DNA of 64,000 bases from Setoptus koraiensis (GCA_048013815.1 CM106586.1:15500001-15564000), one strand, 5' to 3'. Counted from the first letter of the stretch, positions 13,814 to 26,947 are shown. Translations and numbers: made by a program. The notes: generated by a model from the letters alone, not told the origin.

Positions 13814-16173
13814 TTATTCCAATGGTATTTCATTTAAGCTCTCAAAGTCGCTATTAGCTTTTTTTGTTTTAGATTCGTCACCATTGCTTCGATCAGCCTT
13901 GTTCTCCATGGGTATGAATACGTCCCGGGTAGTTATCGAGTTCGGCCTGATTCCTCTGTGATGTAGTGCTGATGATGCTGCTTGTTCACTTGTTGCGTCA
14001 CCATTCTTGGATAGATTTTTTATCATTTTGCTTTGTTGTACAATGTTTTGTCCATCGGCACTTGTTGATGGCACTGGCTGGATTGTGGTTGTTGGAGTGG
14101 CAATTTGATCTGCTTCTTTTGAGGATGTGTCAATCTGAACTGAAGTCTCAGGTTGTGCAGATGGTACAGATTGTGGTTGTTCTTCTTCGAGTTCTGTTTC
14201 TGGTTGTTTTTGTGCTGGTGTTGAAATGGGCTCAATGGAGTTTTCGTTATCAATTTGCGATGGCTTCTGTTGTTCCAGTGATGACGATGGCGGCTCCTCA
14301 GACACTGGCTCATCTGGAATTTCATTCAATGTCGGATCACTGCCCCCTTGTGTATCAAGTGTCGGCTTATCACTAACTGGCGACTCGCTTGGCGTATCGG
14401 AAGCGGAAGAATCGTCACTGTTGATATTCACCGGTGGTTGAATAGATGGACCCACTAGGAGATTGGCAGCATCGGCGCCATTTGGCACCATACTGTTGCC
14501 CTCAATTGGACTGTCTGTTTCACCATTGGGCACCGAAGGATTTTCCTCCACATCATTCTCCTCTGGCGACACCGACGAGGACGGCATTGTGTCGGGTCTA
14601 AGTATGGGCTCAACGATACCGGGAGCTGTTTGGCAAGCCTGTAACCAGAGTTGTAAGTCAATTGTCAAATGTTGGACATTTTGTTCTAATTGCACTGGAT
14701 CACATTCGGGATTAGGCCCACAAACAGATGGGTTGACGCGCACTGGTTCGGGTATAATATCGGGATTTTGGCTTCCAATCATGTAGAATCTGAGAAAATG
14801 AAGAAGGTTCACTGGATCATAATGGAGCTCAATGACAATGCCTGAACCGTAATTGGGTATTCCTGTATATGTTTGCAGAATGTTCAGTAGAGCAATTAGT
14901 GTCTGATCGTGGCCCACATACACCAAAACTTTGCGCTTATCCGCTACACTGCTGTCCACTGTTGAACCGCCCGAACCTATCTGTTTTTTGATATTTTGTA
15001 TAATCTCATGCAATAGTCTACCCGCTCGCAACCTCTGTATCAATGGTGTACTAAATCTAATTTGATCAGTTTTATCTGCTATATACTCCAATCGTTTGGC
15101 GAATTCCGATGTGTACCACACGGGACTCGGTTCCATTGGCATGTTCACACGGCTCTTGAGTGCGTCATTTATAATCTCAGCCTGAGTGAGATCAGTGAAG
15201 ACCTTGTCGTTTCCGGTGTAATCGAATAATGTTTGCAAATCGTGCTTATATTCATTCAAATATTGAATATACTGGCTGGAGTTTCGGATTCGTTCCTCTT
15301 CAGCATCGGCAGCTGGACAGGGTGCATACGGATAGAGTAACTGTTCACAAATAACAAGAAGAAACAAACAAACAAATAGAGGGATTGTATGTTATGGCGC
15401 TGCGTAGCAAGTGCTCTGCATAATTTACTTGTAGATGAACTACTCACATCGTCATCTTCCTCTGGTACAGTGTGAACGGCGCTCGGCTGCCAATTGGGTA
15501 ACTCCTCTGACCAGACAAATCTGCCCGAAGGAGGATTTAGGCCCGAGACAAGAACTGAGGCACTTTCGAGGCATCTGTCGGAGTCAGAACTTCGCACATA
15601 TAGCTTGTTTGGATCTCCGTTCAAGAGGAGGTCGTAGTATTTCATTTTGAGATATTTGCCCAGCGAGTACATGCGTCTTTTGCCAGCCTACGTCGAAAAA
15701 ACGAACAAAATTCTATTAATACATGAAAACTCAGATCGTGTAACCAACGTGTGCCTGCAAATAGACACCGTCGGTCAACTCACCAGTGTTAGTTGACCAA
15801 AACCATCCAATGGCTCAATTAGACCCTCTTTTTCGCCTAGAAAATAAGAGTCCGGTGTAGGTGCCTGATGTACGACGTGAAATGTAGTAGAAATTGTATG
15901 AGTAAGGATACTTGGAGTGAGGATTTCTCAGATGGCAACACAAACAGGAAAGGTATAGATATCTTCTCGAAACCAAAGTACTAAATTCTATTAACCACTC
16001 ACCTTATCGCCATGTCTCACCAGTATTTGCACGGATTTTATGATTGTTGTGTCTGTTTGTCTCCTGGTGAACAGATCGATCGGGAATGCGAAAGTCAAAT
16101 ATAGTGTGAGCGCCATTAGCGATAGTATGGCCGCAACACCGAGATATTTTCGTTGGAAAGTTAATTGTGTCAT
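13814..16173 (-). CDS. Histidine acid phosphatase (ACP2/Acph-1-like) with N-terminal hydrophobic anchor and long S/P/E-rich C-terminal tail, four exons
   Basis: RHGDK|AP spliced across exons 1 and 2 (exon 2 = 15784-15864), FGQLT, YVRSSDSDRCLESA, WQP.AVHTVP, YVGHD motifs. Confidence 0.88.
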
Positions 16174-18629
16174 ATTAATTTAATGTCTTTTGTAGGTGTA
16201 TTTTCTTAAAGACTATTTCTCTTTGTTTTGATAGTCTGACTTGATCAATTTATTAGAGTTCGTGGCTAGTTCATTTAACTTGATCGATGGTTTATTTGCC
16301 AAGCCGGTGAGATCAAATGTCTGATTTTTTGCTGCTAAATGTTGTTTGCAAGTAGACAATCATACGCCTGTCACAAAATGTTCTACTACGTATCAGATTG
16401 CCTAGTATTTCTTTCAAATTTAATTCCTCTTTGTTTGTATTGTCTGTTTTGTCGCAATATTTTGTTGAGGTGAAAATGCTGAATTATCTGAGCACTTTAA
16501 GTTTGAATTATTGAACAATTTAGCTAAACAAATTCACTTGCTATGTAGTTGCAGGATAACAATATAATAATCAATCAACTTGTCGCGTCGATATATCGAT
16601 TCTTGACTGACTCAATCGTTGCTATTACATTTTTATTTTCGTAAATTGCTACGGAGAATATCATCTTTGTGGCGTGTCTAGAATATTGATGCATTCACTA
16701 CTTGTCCCGCACTCTCTCACCTGATTTCCATGACGTCGACACCAACAATAGACTATTACATTGTATGGAGACACAACAACGGAGAACTTCTTTCTCAATC
16801 ACAATAAGTTTGTGCTGTATGGTCTAACTAGTATAGTTGTCAAACATTAATAACTGACTAATTATCCATCGTCACAAGCTCCTAATGATGATGTTAGCTA
16901 CGGCACTGGCAACGTTATAGGTGATTTAATTGTGGCTTCTCTGTAACTTTCTATCCTCAGTTAATTGCTGCTGTTAGTATTGTGTTGCTGACCGGCTTAA
17001 GCTTATAATCCCTACATTAGAGTGACGACGGATATAAACAACAACAATAGCTACTTTATATTTATGTATGATGAGATGATAGGTGTGCCTTATTGCTAAT
17101 CATATTGTTGGTGATGGTTCAAATGAAGAAACACCTGTCAACAACATCACCAGCAACAACAACAACAAAAAGTGATACATTATATCACGGTCATTGCACG
17201 TTATAGTAACGTAATTATTCATATAAATTGACGGTTGCTCTCTTTGTTTTGTTATTCACTTTCACTCCATTATTCATTAGTTATGATGGGTAAGTTTTGT
17301 CATTAGAATCTAATTAGAGAGTGAGTATTGATCAGTCATTCATTCCAACACAGCATTGATTTGATTAACTTATGTGTGTGTGTCTGTGTGTGATTGATGA
17401 TCCGGATTCAATTCATATCAACGTCAAGTATTGTTGCTAATCAAATCAATGCCCTTGGTATATTTGTGATGAGACAATTATACAGATTTAATCATCCGAA
17501 TACAATTCATACACTGTGTTCGTATGGACATCAATAATTATTATTATCCAAACAAAAAATATCCATTGGAAGGATGACTAATCGGGAAAGAAGCCAACAA
17601 ATAGAAACAAACTGACGAATTCGTAGCACTGATACACGCAAAAACAAAACCGACTTCTTTCCTGACGTTGTATTCCTGAGTTGTATATCTGTCCGAAGCT
17701 GTCAAATGTTCAGATCATTTGTAACACAATGCGAGCTTATAGAATCTCATTTGTATTTTTTGATTCATAACAACAACAAATTTGAAGACGATTTTTTTGA
17801 CATTTATCTATCTGGTTCTATCTGCATGGACGTTTCCATACCGATCTATTTTGTCATGTTGGCTGACGCACAAACACAAACGAGATAGACACATAATATA
17901 CGATTGACTAATTGTATTTGTCAGGTTCAAATCGTGACATTGAACCCCAAATGTGCTACAAGTTGTAGCCTGCAACACTATACTTTGTACGAAATGTCTG
18001 GATGTATATATATCCAGTCGATTTTATTTAAGCATCCAGTATGAAATATTTGGTACAAAGAGAGTGTGTAAGAGAGAGAAAGCGTATATGTAAATGTGTG
18101 TGGATCGTGGACAAAGACAAATGAATCTATTGTATTTACACATTGTATAGACACTAAAGTTGTTAGTTAATTAGTGATAATTGTTGTGGTAAAGGTGATA
18201 GTTGTTGTATGCAAATTCTATTTTTGATGATGGTCCTCTTCGGAAAGGCGGTTAGTTATGTGTGAGATTCAGATCATAGGGATTGTTGTTTGTTGTTGTT
18301 GTTACAGGTTCGTCGTTTTAGTTGTTCGTTTGTCTATGGCAGAAAGAGAAGGCTTGACGACGGACGGCATTTGGCACTTGGTGTCAACAGGTCAACAAAT
18401 CAAATTGTCAATTGTCTGATAGACCTGAATGTTTGTTTGAATATAGTCTCTCATAGAAAATCTTTCTTTTTTTCTACGCTTCTTTCGCTCATTCTTCGTG
18501 TCATGTGTGTCAATTAGTGGCTCTGTCCTCCTGTGTTAACTTTTACAAATAACCGTACCAATAGTGGCTAGCGAGTGGCTTATATTGTCGATTTGTAGAC
18601 AACAATCATAGTTATTAGTTATCCATTAC

Positions 18630-19004
18630 TTATTGAGCTGTGGCTGGATTTCCTGTCTGAAACCAATCGTAGGAGAGGCGAGCCGCAGCTCCAAATGTCA
18701 CGCCGGTTATTATACCAAATACGCCGGCAAATATGCCGCCTATTTTAGCCGCTCCCGAACAAAGCGTCAACAATACCATTATTCCTGATACAATAAATAG
18801 CACTGTCAGTATGACCTCGTTAACCATCAAACTCAGTGGTATATTTACAAAATTTTCCAATGCCTCGTGAAATCTAACACAAAACATGACCAATACTAAT
18901 ATGGAGAATATAAGGCCATAACTGGAGACCCATTCGAAGAGTCTGTAGTCGTAGCCGCGACAACTGGACACCTCCTCCAAAATGAGACAAATGATACACA
19001 GTGC
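18630..19004 (-). CDS. MARVEL/CKLF-like four-TM protein, main exon (first exon uncertain)
   Basis: After the acceptor ...CACAG| it reads ALCIICLILEEV...FEWVSSYGLIFSILVLV with further hydrophobic helices; no ATG in this exon. Confidence 0.6.
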   Translation of the reverse strand, partial: ALCIICLILEEVSSCRGYDYRLFEWVSSYGLIFSILVLVMFCVRFHEALENFVNIPLSLMVNEVILTVLFIVSGIMVLLTLCSGAAKIGGIFAGVFGIITGVTFGAAARLSYDWFQTGNPATAQ

Positions 19005-21414
19005 CTGTGATTGGTGACGTGATTGATAGTAAACAATTGCATAGTTATAATTAATTATCTAACTACTATAAGCCGAATATTCTAATGAGTTTGCTACAGA
19101 CAAATGAGAGGTATATAAATGTAATTGTTGTGTGTGCTATTAAATGGATAATTAAACTTAGTTAATAAGTTTAGTTCTGCGTTTGTTAGTAAAAGTTACG
19201 TAATGACTGCGATCGGCATTCAGGCGAGAGAATCTCGGTTGGTGTTGTCTGTTACGAAAGCTCCGCCACTCCATCTAGCGGGCCGACGAGCAGGCGCTAA
19301 AATGAACTAATGATTAGAGCATGCTCACACAAACAGGTGCACAACATGCTGCACATGTTGTCTGTCCATATGATTACATAATGTGATACAGGGGGCCACA
19401 TGGTTTTATTTAGGCGAAAAAGTGACCCAATTTCCGGCTGAATTGTTTCGGAATTGCGACAAGCGGTTTTGTTTGGTGTGAAATATTGTTTTAGGGTAGT
19501 TTAAGTGTGCATGAGACTATACTCACAAAATGTGCGACGCGTAAAACGCCGTAGCGTGTTGTCACAAACTCGTTGTCCAATCCAGTTCCGTCTGACATCA
19601 TGTTTACAGTATTAGTTGCTCAATTAAAATAAAAAAATTAAAACTTTGTTATGTGCTGTTATAAATGCTATGATATGTTGTGTGTGTTTTGGCTTGATTC
19701 TGGCGATTCTTCCTCTTTCTTGTGACCTGTGTCGGTTGACGCACGAGCACGCCGATTGTAAATGCTACTTTGTGGGTGTGAGCCTCACGCGCTCATCAGT
19801 ATCGCCGGGCGACTGTTCGAAATGTGCAATTATTGTTATTGGTATTGCTGTTGCTGGTGGAGCCCTATTGTTGCACAAGTTATATAACAATGGCAGTGAC
19901 AACAATTGTCACACAAATAGCTCTATGCGGCCGGTACAATTATTACGTAAACACTAGTGGCGGGCGATTGACTAACTCAACTGTTGATCGGATTTGTATG
20001 GGTGTTGTGCTCGTATGGTGACTAACAGTTGATTTGATAAAGAATCAAACTTGTGATTGTTGCGGTAGTGCAAATAGTGGTGCTTGTACACAGCTAAAAG
20101 CCAGTTGTTTTATAAATGTTGCCAGTCTCAATGATTTAGATGTTGTGCGCCTAGTCAAATGTGAGTTGCATAAAAAAGCCTGCGATGCAAGAAGCTTCTC
20201 CTAGCGTTGCCTCCCTTATTCTTTCGCCCCCCGTCCAGCCCCTCTGCTTGCTTCAGCTTCGATGGCTTCTCTTGCTTCTTTAGCTTCGTTTGCTGCTGTT
20301 GCTGTTGGTGGTGAACGTTCTTCATCAACAGCATTCGTGCGTTCAATGCTCGCAGCGCTGCAACCAGCAACAGCAGCAAATTCAACAATTACATCTCGAC
20401 TCGACTATTGCTAAGTTTGCCCAAAGTGTGTTAATGCAATTTCGCTAACTTGCATCAAGCATCGAGTGTGTGTGTGTGTGTGTGTGTATTTGCACAAAAT
20501 GCAAACCGACTGACTGGCTGGCGGCATCACTTGGATGCGATTCGAACGAGCTAAAAATTAGTTGTTTTAATACAGTCGATGGCGGTTGTGGCGGTGGTGG
20601 CCAAGCCAACAGGCCAACAAGCAGCCTGTCGATGATGCGCCAACAGCAACGAGTGAGTCGCGTCTTGTCTTGTCTCACCGCATGAGCTTAATTTGATGCT
20701 AACTTTTATCTGTTCATTCCTCCTTTATCATGTGAATCATGAATCCTAGATGCAGACCGAAAGCAGCACCATATGCTCTATGTTGCTATACTTGCACAAC
20801 GAGCCACAGAGCGAGCGAGAGAGGTTACATAATATCTCAAAATATATATACACAAACTGTGCCCATTCAGCAGCTAGCAACATTTGAGTCCAGCATCTGG
20901 CTGCCTCCGGGAAGCGCTGAGGCTTGGCCATGGGGCTCAAAAAGAAGCAGCGGATAAGAAGCGAACGAGAGATAAAGAGAGCACATTCGGCGAGCTTCTG
21001 GTGAACAGGCCAACAGGGAAAGCAAGCAGATACAAACGTTGCATGCTGCGCAAAAGTGATTTATCTGATCTTGATCTGTTAGTTTCTGTCCTCTAATTCG
21101 ATCCGGACCAATCCAATCGAATTTCTCGCCTATTGTGTGGGCAATCACACCAATCGGATATATAGCAGTAGCAGGACAGACAGCACGAACAATGGCTATT
21201 CGAACTCCCAAGCCTGCTGCTTATCTCTCGCGCTATTCTTGCTATTTTTAGTTTCATTATCTAAGGCTTGTCAAACATTGCATCATTAACGCTCCATATC
21301 AACTTCTCGCATTCATATCTACAAGCAAGGCATCACATCACACGGACATCAAACGTTTCCGGTCCATCGCTACCAGTGTCACTGGATTTGCTCACTCAAC
21401 TCGTGGCCGCATCA

Positions 21415-22276
21415 CAACGCACACACAGTTATCTAATAATAATTGAGATGTGTCGTTATTGTTGCCTCACGAGGGTTCATGTAACACGCAACAAAGATGT
21501 CCATACAATTTATCGACGGTCGGGTCGTTGCGCCACAACAAAAGAAACAGCATTGATCGCGAATGTCTGGCTGATAGTTGCTATCAAACTGAGATATATC
21601 GGTGACATCTGCTGTCTTCTTCCTACTTTTGGCCTGATCACCGCCCTCGGGTACGCTCTTGTTAACAACGTCCATGTTCTCCAAGTCTGAGTCTGCTGTG
21701 GAGTTCCTCAGTGTCGTCATTTTTTTGGAAGTTGCTGTTTTAGCAGGGGGTGCTGTCTTGGCTGTGGACTTGAATTTGGTCGATGCCTCACCGACACCAG
21801 TGCTTGTAGCCTTTTTTGGGCTAATAGGATCCTCTTCTTCGTGAACGCTTTCTGGTTCACTTTCGGAGTCGACAATATCCATTTGAGAAAGTATTCATAC
21901 TGCTTTTCCTTGCCATTCCATCGTCCTTTGAGAATCTTCTCTACAACATATTCTTCGGCTTCTTCTTCATCGCCAGATTCGTCTTTGGTCACGTTTTCTA
22001 CTTCTGAATCTTCTATATCCGACATGTTTGATGTAATAGTTTGGTTGGTGGGTATAATCTGAACCTTGATGGCTAATGTTTTCGTAACTATGTGGTCAAT
22101 GATAGTCTAAATGAATTCGTCTCAACGCACACACAGTCATCTAATAATAATTGAGATGTGTCGTTATTGTTGCTTCACGAGGGTCCATGTAACACGCAAC
22201 AAAGATGTCCATACAATTTCTCGACGGGCGGATCGTTGCGCCACAGCAAAAGAAACAGCATTGATCGCGAATGTCT
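21415..22276. repeat. 154-bp direct repeat pair (21415-21568 and 22123-22276)
   Basis: Manual alignment: 7 substitutions, no indels. Confidence 0.95.
21433..22025 (-). pseudogene. HP1/chromobox pseudogene (truncated chromodomain, hinge, frameshifted chromoshadow-like end)
   Basis: EEYVVEKILKGR..GKEKQYEYFLKW ends abruptly with a frameshift; K/S/T-rich hinge; QFDSNYQPD then MLFLLLW and DIFVACY in different frames. Confidence 0.72.
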
Positions 22277-22523
22277 ATTGACTGCTCTTACTAGCCCACC
22301 TACGACATATGATGTATGTGACAAAAGTGACAGGCGGCCGAATGCTCTAGATAAAGCTGTTATCTTATCTAATTTATGCCTGTTGCAAATGATATTCATT
22401 CCATGGTGACGATCAGTTACGTAACAAACGAAGTTTCGCGCTCTCTCTCTCTCTCTAGTTTCATCATCAGAAAGGCGCATTCGCCCAACTGTTGCTCACG
22501 ACTATCATACTGAGCCATTATAG

Positions 22524-22617
22524 GGCACACATTACAAAGTACAAAAAGTTAACACCTGAGGAAATGTCAGTGTTAGCTATGGAACTCCGTCAGAGATTAA
22601 TGTCGTCTAAATGCTGA
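22524..22617 (+). pseudogene. Remnant of the NitFhit 3' coding end (followed by its 3' flank to ~22810)
   Basis: Encodes HITKYKKLTPEEMSVLAMELRQRLMSSKC* versus HVTKYKKLAPEEMSVVAMELRQRLAPTKC* at 32214-32305; downstream flank also matches 32020-32210 inverted. Confidence 0.92.
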
Positions 22618-22929
22618 TTGTGATTTAGTCTTTCTCATCGGAATGACGCGAAACGCCAGCACTTCATACACGTACTGTATAAGAAACCTTGAGTTGATTA
22701 ACTAACAATAACAGTTACAATAGAAATGAAATGTTGTGTGTTGAACGCTTTTGTAGGCCGAGTAAATCTTAGTTAGGAGAAACTCTTCCGTAATCATGAG
22801 TACTGTACTGACTATCATAGTTTTATTATTGATATCAACTTATCACGATGCCTGAGATGCTTCGTCGAGGTCAATTATACATATGGATTTATGTAGAAAG
22901 CACTCCTGTCTGGCAGTAGTTAGGGGCCT

Positions 22930-24801
22930 TTAAAGCTCAGGGTCTTCTAAATCCCTCTTGATCAATCTTTGACTATCTGGAATCGTTTGACCATCGTTGG
23001 ACTTGGTGTAAGGCTTCGAGTAGGCGGGGGGCAATTCGGGTCCAACACTAAATAGGACATCTTCTTCTAGTTCGAGATCGTCATCCTGTGAGAGCAATAG
23101 GTAGGGATTTGTTGGTATAGGCTGAAAAAAGTAGCCCGTCACTACAAAGAACACCAGAGTGGCCACTTCGGAAAGCACAACAGTGAGCCAATAATATTTG
23201 AAAGATAATACGGCCTGTAAGAGGTAAGTTATGATACGTGTAAAGTAAATATATCCCACTATCATGATGTAGAAGTGGCGAAATAGTTCCAATTTTTTTA
23301 GATTAATTGCCGCTTTGCCGTCCGTATGTGATGCCTCCTGTAAATGACGAACCGACCATACTATTGGGAAGAGTATAGCACCACAACAGGCTAAATCAAT
23401 AAGTGTGCATATTTCGTTCCAGAAACTATGCTTTAATTCTCCCTCTACGGACTCGTCGAACACAATATTCAGTATATTGGCAAGTATTTGCAATGGGACA
23501 ATGATCAAAACTATCTTTTTATCTTTGTCGCTGAGCATGTGCTTGATGAATGTCCAACCTGAACCAATGAGGATTATTGTGATGAAGAATAGAGCACCCT
23601 TGATAAGTCTGCTCATGTAGAACAGATACGCCCAAGTTTCGACAGGTGAGCCATCCATTGCAATGTAATGATAGTTGATTGCGTGGAAGAATAGAGATGA
23701 GGTTTTGGCGAATATGAGCAAAGTCATAAGATAATGAATCTTGAGCGCATTTTCCTTTTGTTGCCACATAAAGTTCATCCAGATTGTTCCAACCAAGAAG
23801 AATAAAACGGATAGAGCAAAATATAGTTGCGGTAAAGGTATGTGTCCCGCTGAGAGATAATTGTTGAGATAGTTTGTCTCGTAGACGTAGACATCCAGAT
23901 CAATGAGTTCCTGTTTAGTGAAGCCATATTCGTCAGTTTTACCTCTGCAGTTATGGAATGTCAAGAAGTAGACACCTTCCTCCGATGCTTCAAGTATTTT
24001 TATGGAGAAATTAAACGACACTGACATTCTATCTCGTGCATCCACAGTAACAATGAGCGGAATGAACGACAGGGTTTTGTCGCCAGCCCTAAACAAACAG
24101 TCCTTATTTCTTTGATCTGATGATTGCGTCTCAGGAACAAGCAATTCCGTATATTTTACGCCACTACTCGTTGGCTCACTTGGATGATTGACAAAAGAAG
24201 GTGAAGAAGAAACAGACTTGTTGGCACCATCGTAAGGTAGCCTGAGATCGCCGTCCACGTTGCCCATCTCGGATGGTTCAGACACATTGGATATTCTATC
24301 ATTTGTTGGAAAAACTGCAGCTCCTCGTCGACGGCGCACCTGATGATGATCATTGATTGTGGCATGATGATAAGTGGCTGGCATGCCAAACCAAAGCTTA
24401 TGGGTATTATGAAAACATTTGAGCTTCACTTGCTGATCTGCAAAACTGATGCCCATAGTTATGATATCATCTGAACTTAGAGAGCTTTTTGGGTTGTGAA
24501 GATAACAAGACCTCATCAATTTGTTGTCATCATTGAATGGATGGTTTAAGTGATTACTTCTTATTAGTGTCAGTCCAATTGATGGTAATTCTCCTTTTTT
24601 CTCGTCGATATCCGTGTCAATGGTGAGATTTTTCACATTGACTATAAGCTGACCGCCTATGTTATAGCCAAATGTCGACACGGGAAAGAATAGTCTTTTG
24701 TCATTCTTGAGAACAAGGTGATGTTTACGAGCGTCTATTAATTGTATCAAACAATAACAAAAAATAGAGATGAATAGCAGATGATTTTGTATGACAACCA
24801 T
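22930..24801 (-). CDS. GPR107: GPR107/GPR108 (Lung seven-TM receptor family), intronless
   Basis: Signal peptide, STFGY, YLSAGHIPLPQLY, LIGSGWTFIK..LSDKDKKI, VRHLQEASHTDGKAAINL.KL.LFRHFY, FQPIPTNPYL. Confidence 0.93.
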   Translation of the reverse strand: MVVIQNHLLFISIFCYCLIQLIDARKHHLVLKNDKRLFFPVSTFGYNIGGQLIVNVKNLTIDTDIDEKKGELPSIGLTLIRSNHLNHPFNDDNKLMRSCYLHNPKSSLSSDDIITMGISFADQQVKLKCFHNTHKLWFGMPATYHHATINDHHQVRRRRGAAVFPTNDRISNVSEPSEMGNVDGDLRLPYDGANKSVSSSPSFVNHPSEPTSSGVKYTELLVPETQSSDQRNKDCLFRAGDKTLSFIPLIVTVDARDRMSVSFNFSIKILEASEEGVYFLTFHNCRGKTDEYGFTKQELIDLDVYVYETNYLNNYLSAGHIPLPQLYFALSVLFFLVGTIWMNFMWQQKENALKIHYLMTLLIFAKTSSLFFHAINYHYIAMDGSPVETWAYLFYMSRLIKGALFFITIILIGSGWTFIKHMLSDKDKKIVLIIVPLQILANILNIVFDESVEGELKHSFWNEICTLIDLACCGAILFPIVWSVRHLQEASHTDGKAAINLKKLELFRHFYIMIVGYIYFTRIITYLLQAVLSFKYYWLTVVLSEVATLVFFVVTGYFFQPIPTNPYLLLSQDDDLELEEDVLFSVGPELPPAYSKPYTKSNDGQTIPDSQRLIKRDLEDPEL

Positions 24802-25363
24802 CGCTTTTTTGGGGGCGGCTAACACAAGCTTAATTCTGATAGTATTAATTAATTAATTTCTCTAATAATCCATTCCTTTTACTGTTTGCCCTGACAATTC
24901 ATTATAATAAGAAACAAACAAGACAATGATGACTCGATGTACAATCGAAATGCCGTAGTGAATTACGTGAAACGTGCTTCTAATGTACATTTTCATATAT
25001 AATGCATATACATGCATTTATTTCCATTGTTTCGGAGCGGTAAATTCAGAAATTCTCGTTCATGCTGACGCATAATTTTGACATTTCACGTATGAACAGT
25101 CACATATTGAACGCATTCACTGATGAATTGTTCGTTGTGCAGGCATTTACTGCAGTGGATTTCGACACAGAGATTCACAGTAGAGAAAAATGTCAATTGG
25201 AAAGGAATCGCAGCATACCAAGAATGGGACAAATCGAATTGATTAAAATCTATCGAGATATTGCTCATGTTGTTTTTAATAAATGGAAAATGATCGGTTC
25301 GATCTGACTAAAATAAACTTCCCTAAAACTTGTGCACTTCTTCGGGCGTAAGATGTGGTCATG

Positions 25364-26272
25364 CTAAGCCTCCTGCTTTCTCTTGTTTTTCTTAGCGAAC
25401 CATTCTTTCGATTTATCTTCCGATATAGACTGCTCGATAGCAGCTCCGGCACCTGCATCCACCTTGGACAGCTCTCTAAAACCCTCGTCGCCAACAAAGC
25501 AAATCTCATGGCCATCAGGATCGGCCAGAATAACAACCTGCACGGTGGCTTTGCCTGGAGTGTCCAAACTGATGTAAGGTGTCAGAATTTTATGTTGACA
25601 ATCTGACACTCGTTTCTCTAAGGGTCTCAATTCATCGGCTGGGCAACTGAAAGCTATTCGTCCGTATGCAGAGCCGTGATCGATGTCTTGATCAATCCGC
25701 TTGAAAGTGAGTGCTGCTTGTTTCTTGTCGTATCTTATAGAGCACTCATGGTCACTCTTGTTATCTAGTTGACATTCCAATAGTTTTGTCCAATATTCGA
25801 CAGTTTTATCAACACTCCTACAGGCCAGACACACTTCAACAATATCCTGCCCTTGTGATCTCTCGTCGTCTGCCTTGTTCACAATGAACCTGTATCCATC
25901 TGGAGATGTTAGCTCTAATTCCTGGGGTCCTATTGTCTTCAGTGTGGGCCATTTTGACGTGATAATATTATCAACAGTAGATTTTAAAAGTTTCATTCTT
26001 ATGAAATTGAAATCGTTGCCCAACTTGTAAGATCCGATAGCATAGTTGTAGGTGAGTTCCAAAACAAAGTGATCATCCTCTGGTCCGTAGCCTATCATTG
26101 TCTTGGACCATTTATTATCATATGGTCCATTGCAAGCTGCCTCGCAGCCACCCTCGAATACTTCGTGCCGAAGAACAGTCATTCCGAGAGTGTCTCGAAA
26201 GAATTTGAGGTTTTCATCTAATTGTGTCACTTTGAGAACAAAATGGAGTGCCCGCCTAGTAGTGGAAGACAT
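25364..26272 (-). CDS. GLOD4: Glyoxalase domain-containing protein 4
   Basis: RRALHFVLKV, EGGCEAACNGPYDNKWSKTMIGYGPEDDHFVLELTYNY, LDTPGKATVQVVILADPDGHEICFVGDEGF. Confidence 0.97.
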   Translation of the reverse strand: MSSTTRRALHFVLKVTQLDENLKFFRDTLGMTVLRHEVFEGGCEAACNGPYDNKWSKTMIGYGPEDDHFVLELTYNYAIGSYKLGNDFNFIRMKLLKSTVDNIITSKWPTLKTIGPQELELTSPDGYRFIVNKADDERSQGQDIVEVCLACRSVDKTVEYWTKLLECQLDNKSDHECSIRYDKKQAALTFKRIDQDIDHGSAYGRIAFSCPADELRPLEKRVSDCQHKILTPYISLDTPGKATVQVVILADPDGHEICFVGDEGFRELSKVDAGAGAAIEQSISEDKSKEWFAKKNKRKQEA

Positions 26273-26947
26273 TGTTGTTGTTGTTGAATATGAAGACGAT
26301 TGCGTTAGAAACTTTTTGTTTGATTTGTTTTCTAGGCAATGTTTAATAAGGGATATTATATTATATAACAGTTATTACTGTTTAATGACAACGTCGTCGA
26401 CGTGGCCCGGCAAGGATTAATAACGAGCAGAGCAACAACAACAATGCATTGTTAGTTAGTTGCGTCGTGTGAATTTTTCACAAGCATATGATTTCTCGAG
26501 CATGTGTAGTAGTGAAGCTGAAAGTGAAAGTGAAAATTGATTTGCCAGCATCGACGGGCCGTCTGTCATAGTTGCTAGTAACAACATTATCATTGTTGTT
26601 TGTCAGAGATAACACTCTATCCAATGAAAACTGTCTAGCCAATGTGTGTTCGATGGAACATGCTACTACTGTATTACTGTGTGTTCGATTTATAATGAAC
26701 AATCGAACTACGCGCTATGTTGTGATATATGAGATGATGATTTCTCGCTCTGAAGCGCTCGATGTGTTTGCTGGATGCTGTTGCCATTATGTAATATGCA
26801 CTCTGGGGCGCAGCGATATTTGTAGCTGCTATTGCTGCTAGGGTGACTGCGATCTCACCGCTTTTTTCCTCTGTTTTCTCACTCTCACTTTCTCTCTCCC
26901 TCCGTCGCTAATAACAGCAGCCTCTACGGAAAGCACTGGCATTAAGC

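Noticed and set aside
13589-14786. Several ORFs overlapping the acid phosphatase tail
   Set aside because: Antisense or alternative-frame shadows of a low-complexity coding region.
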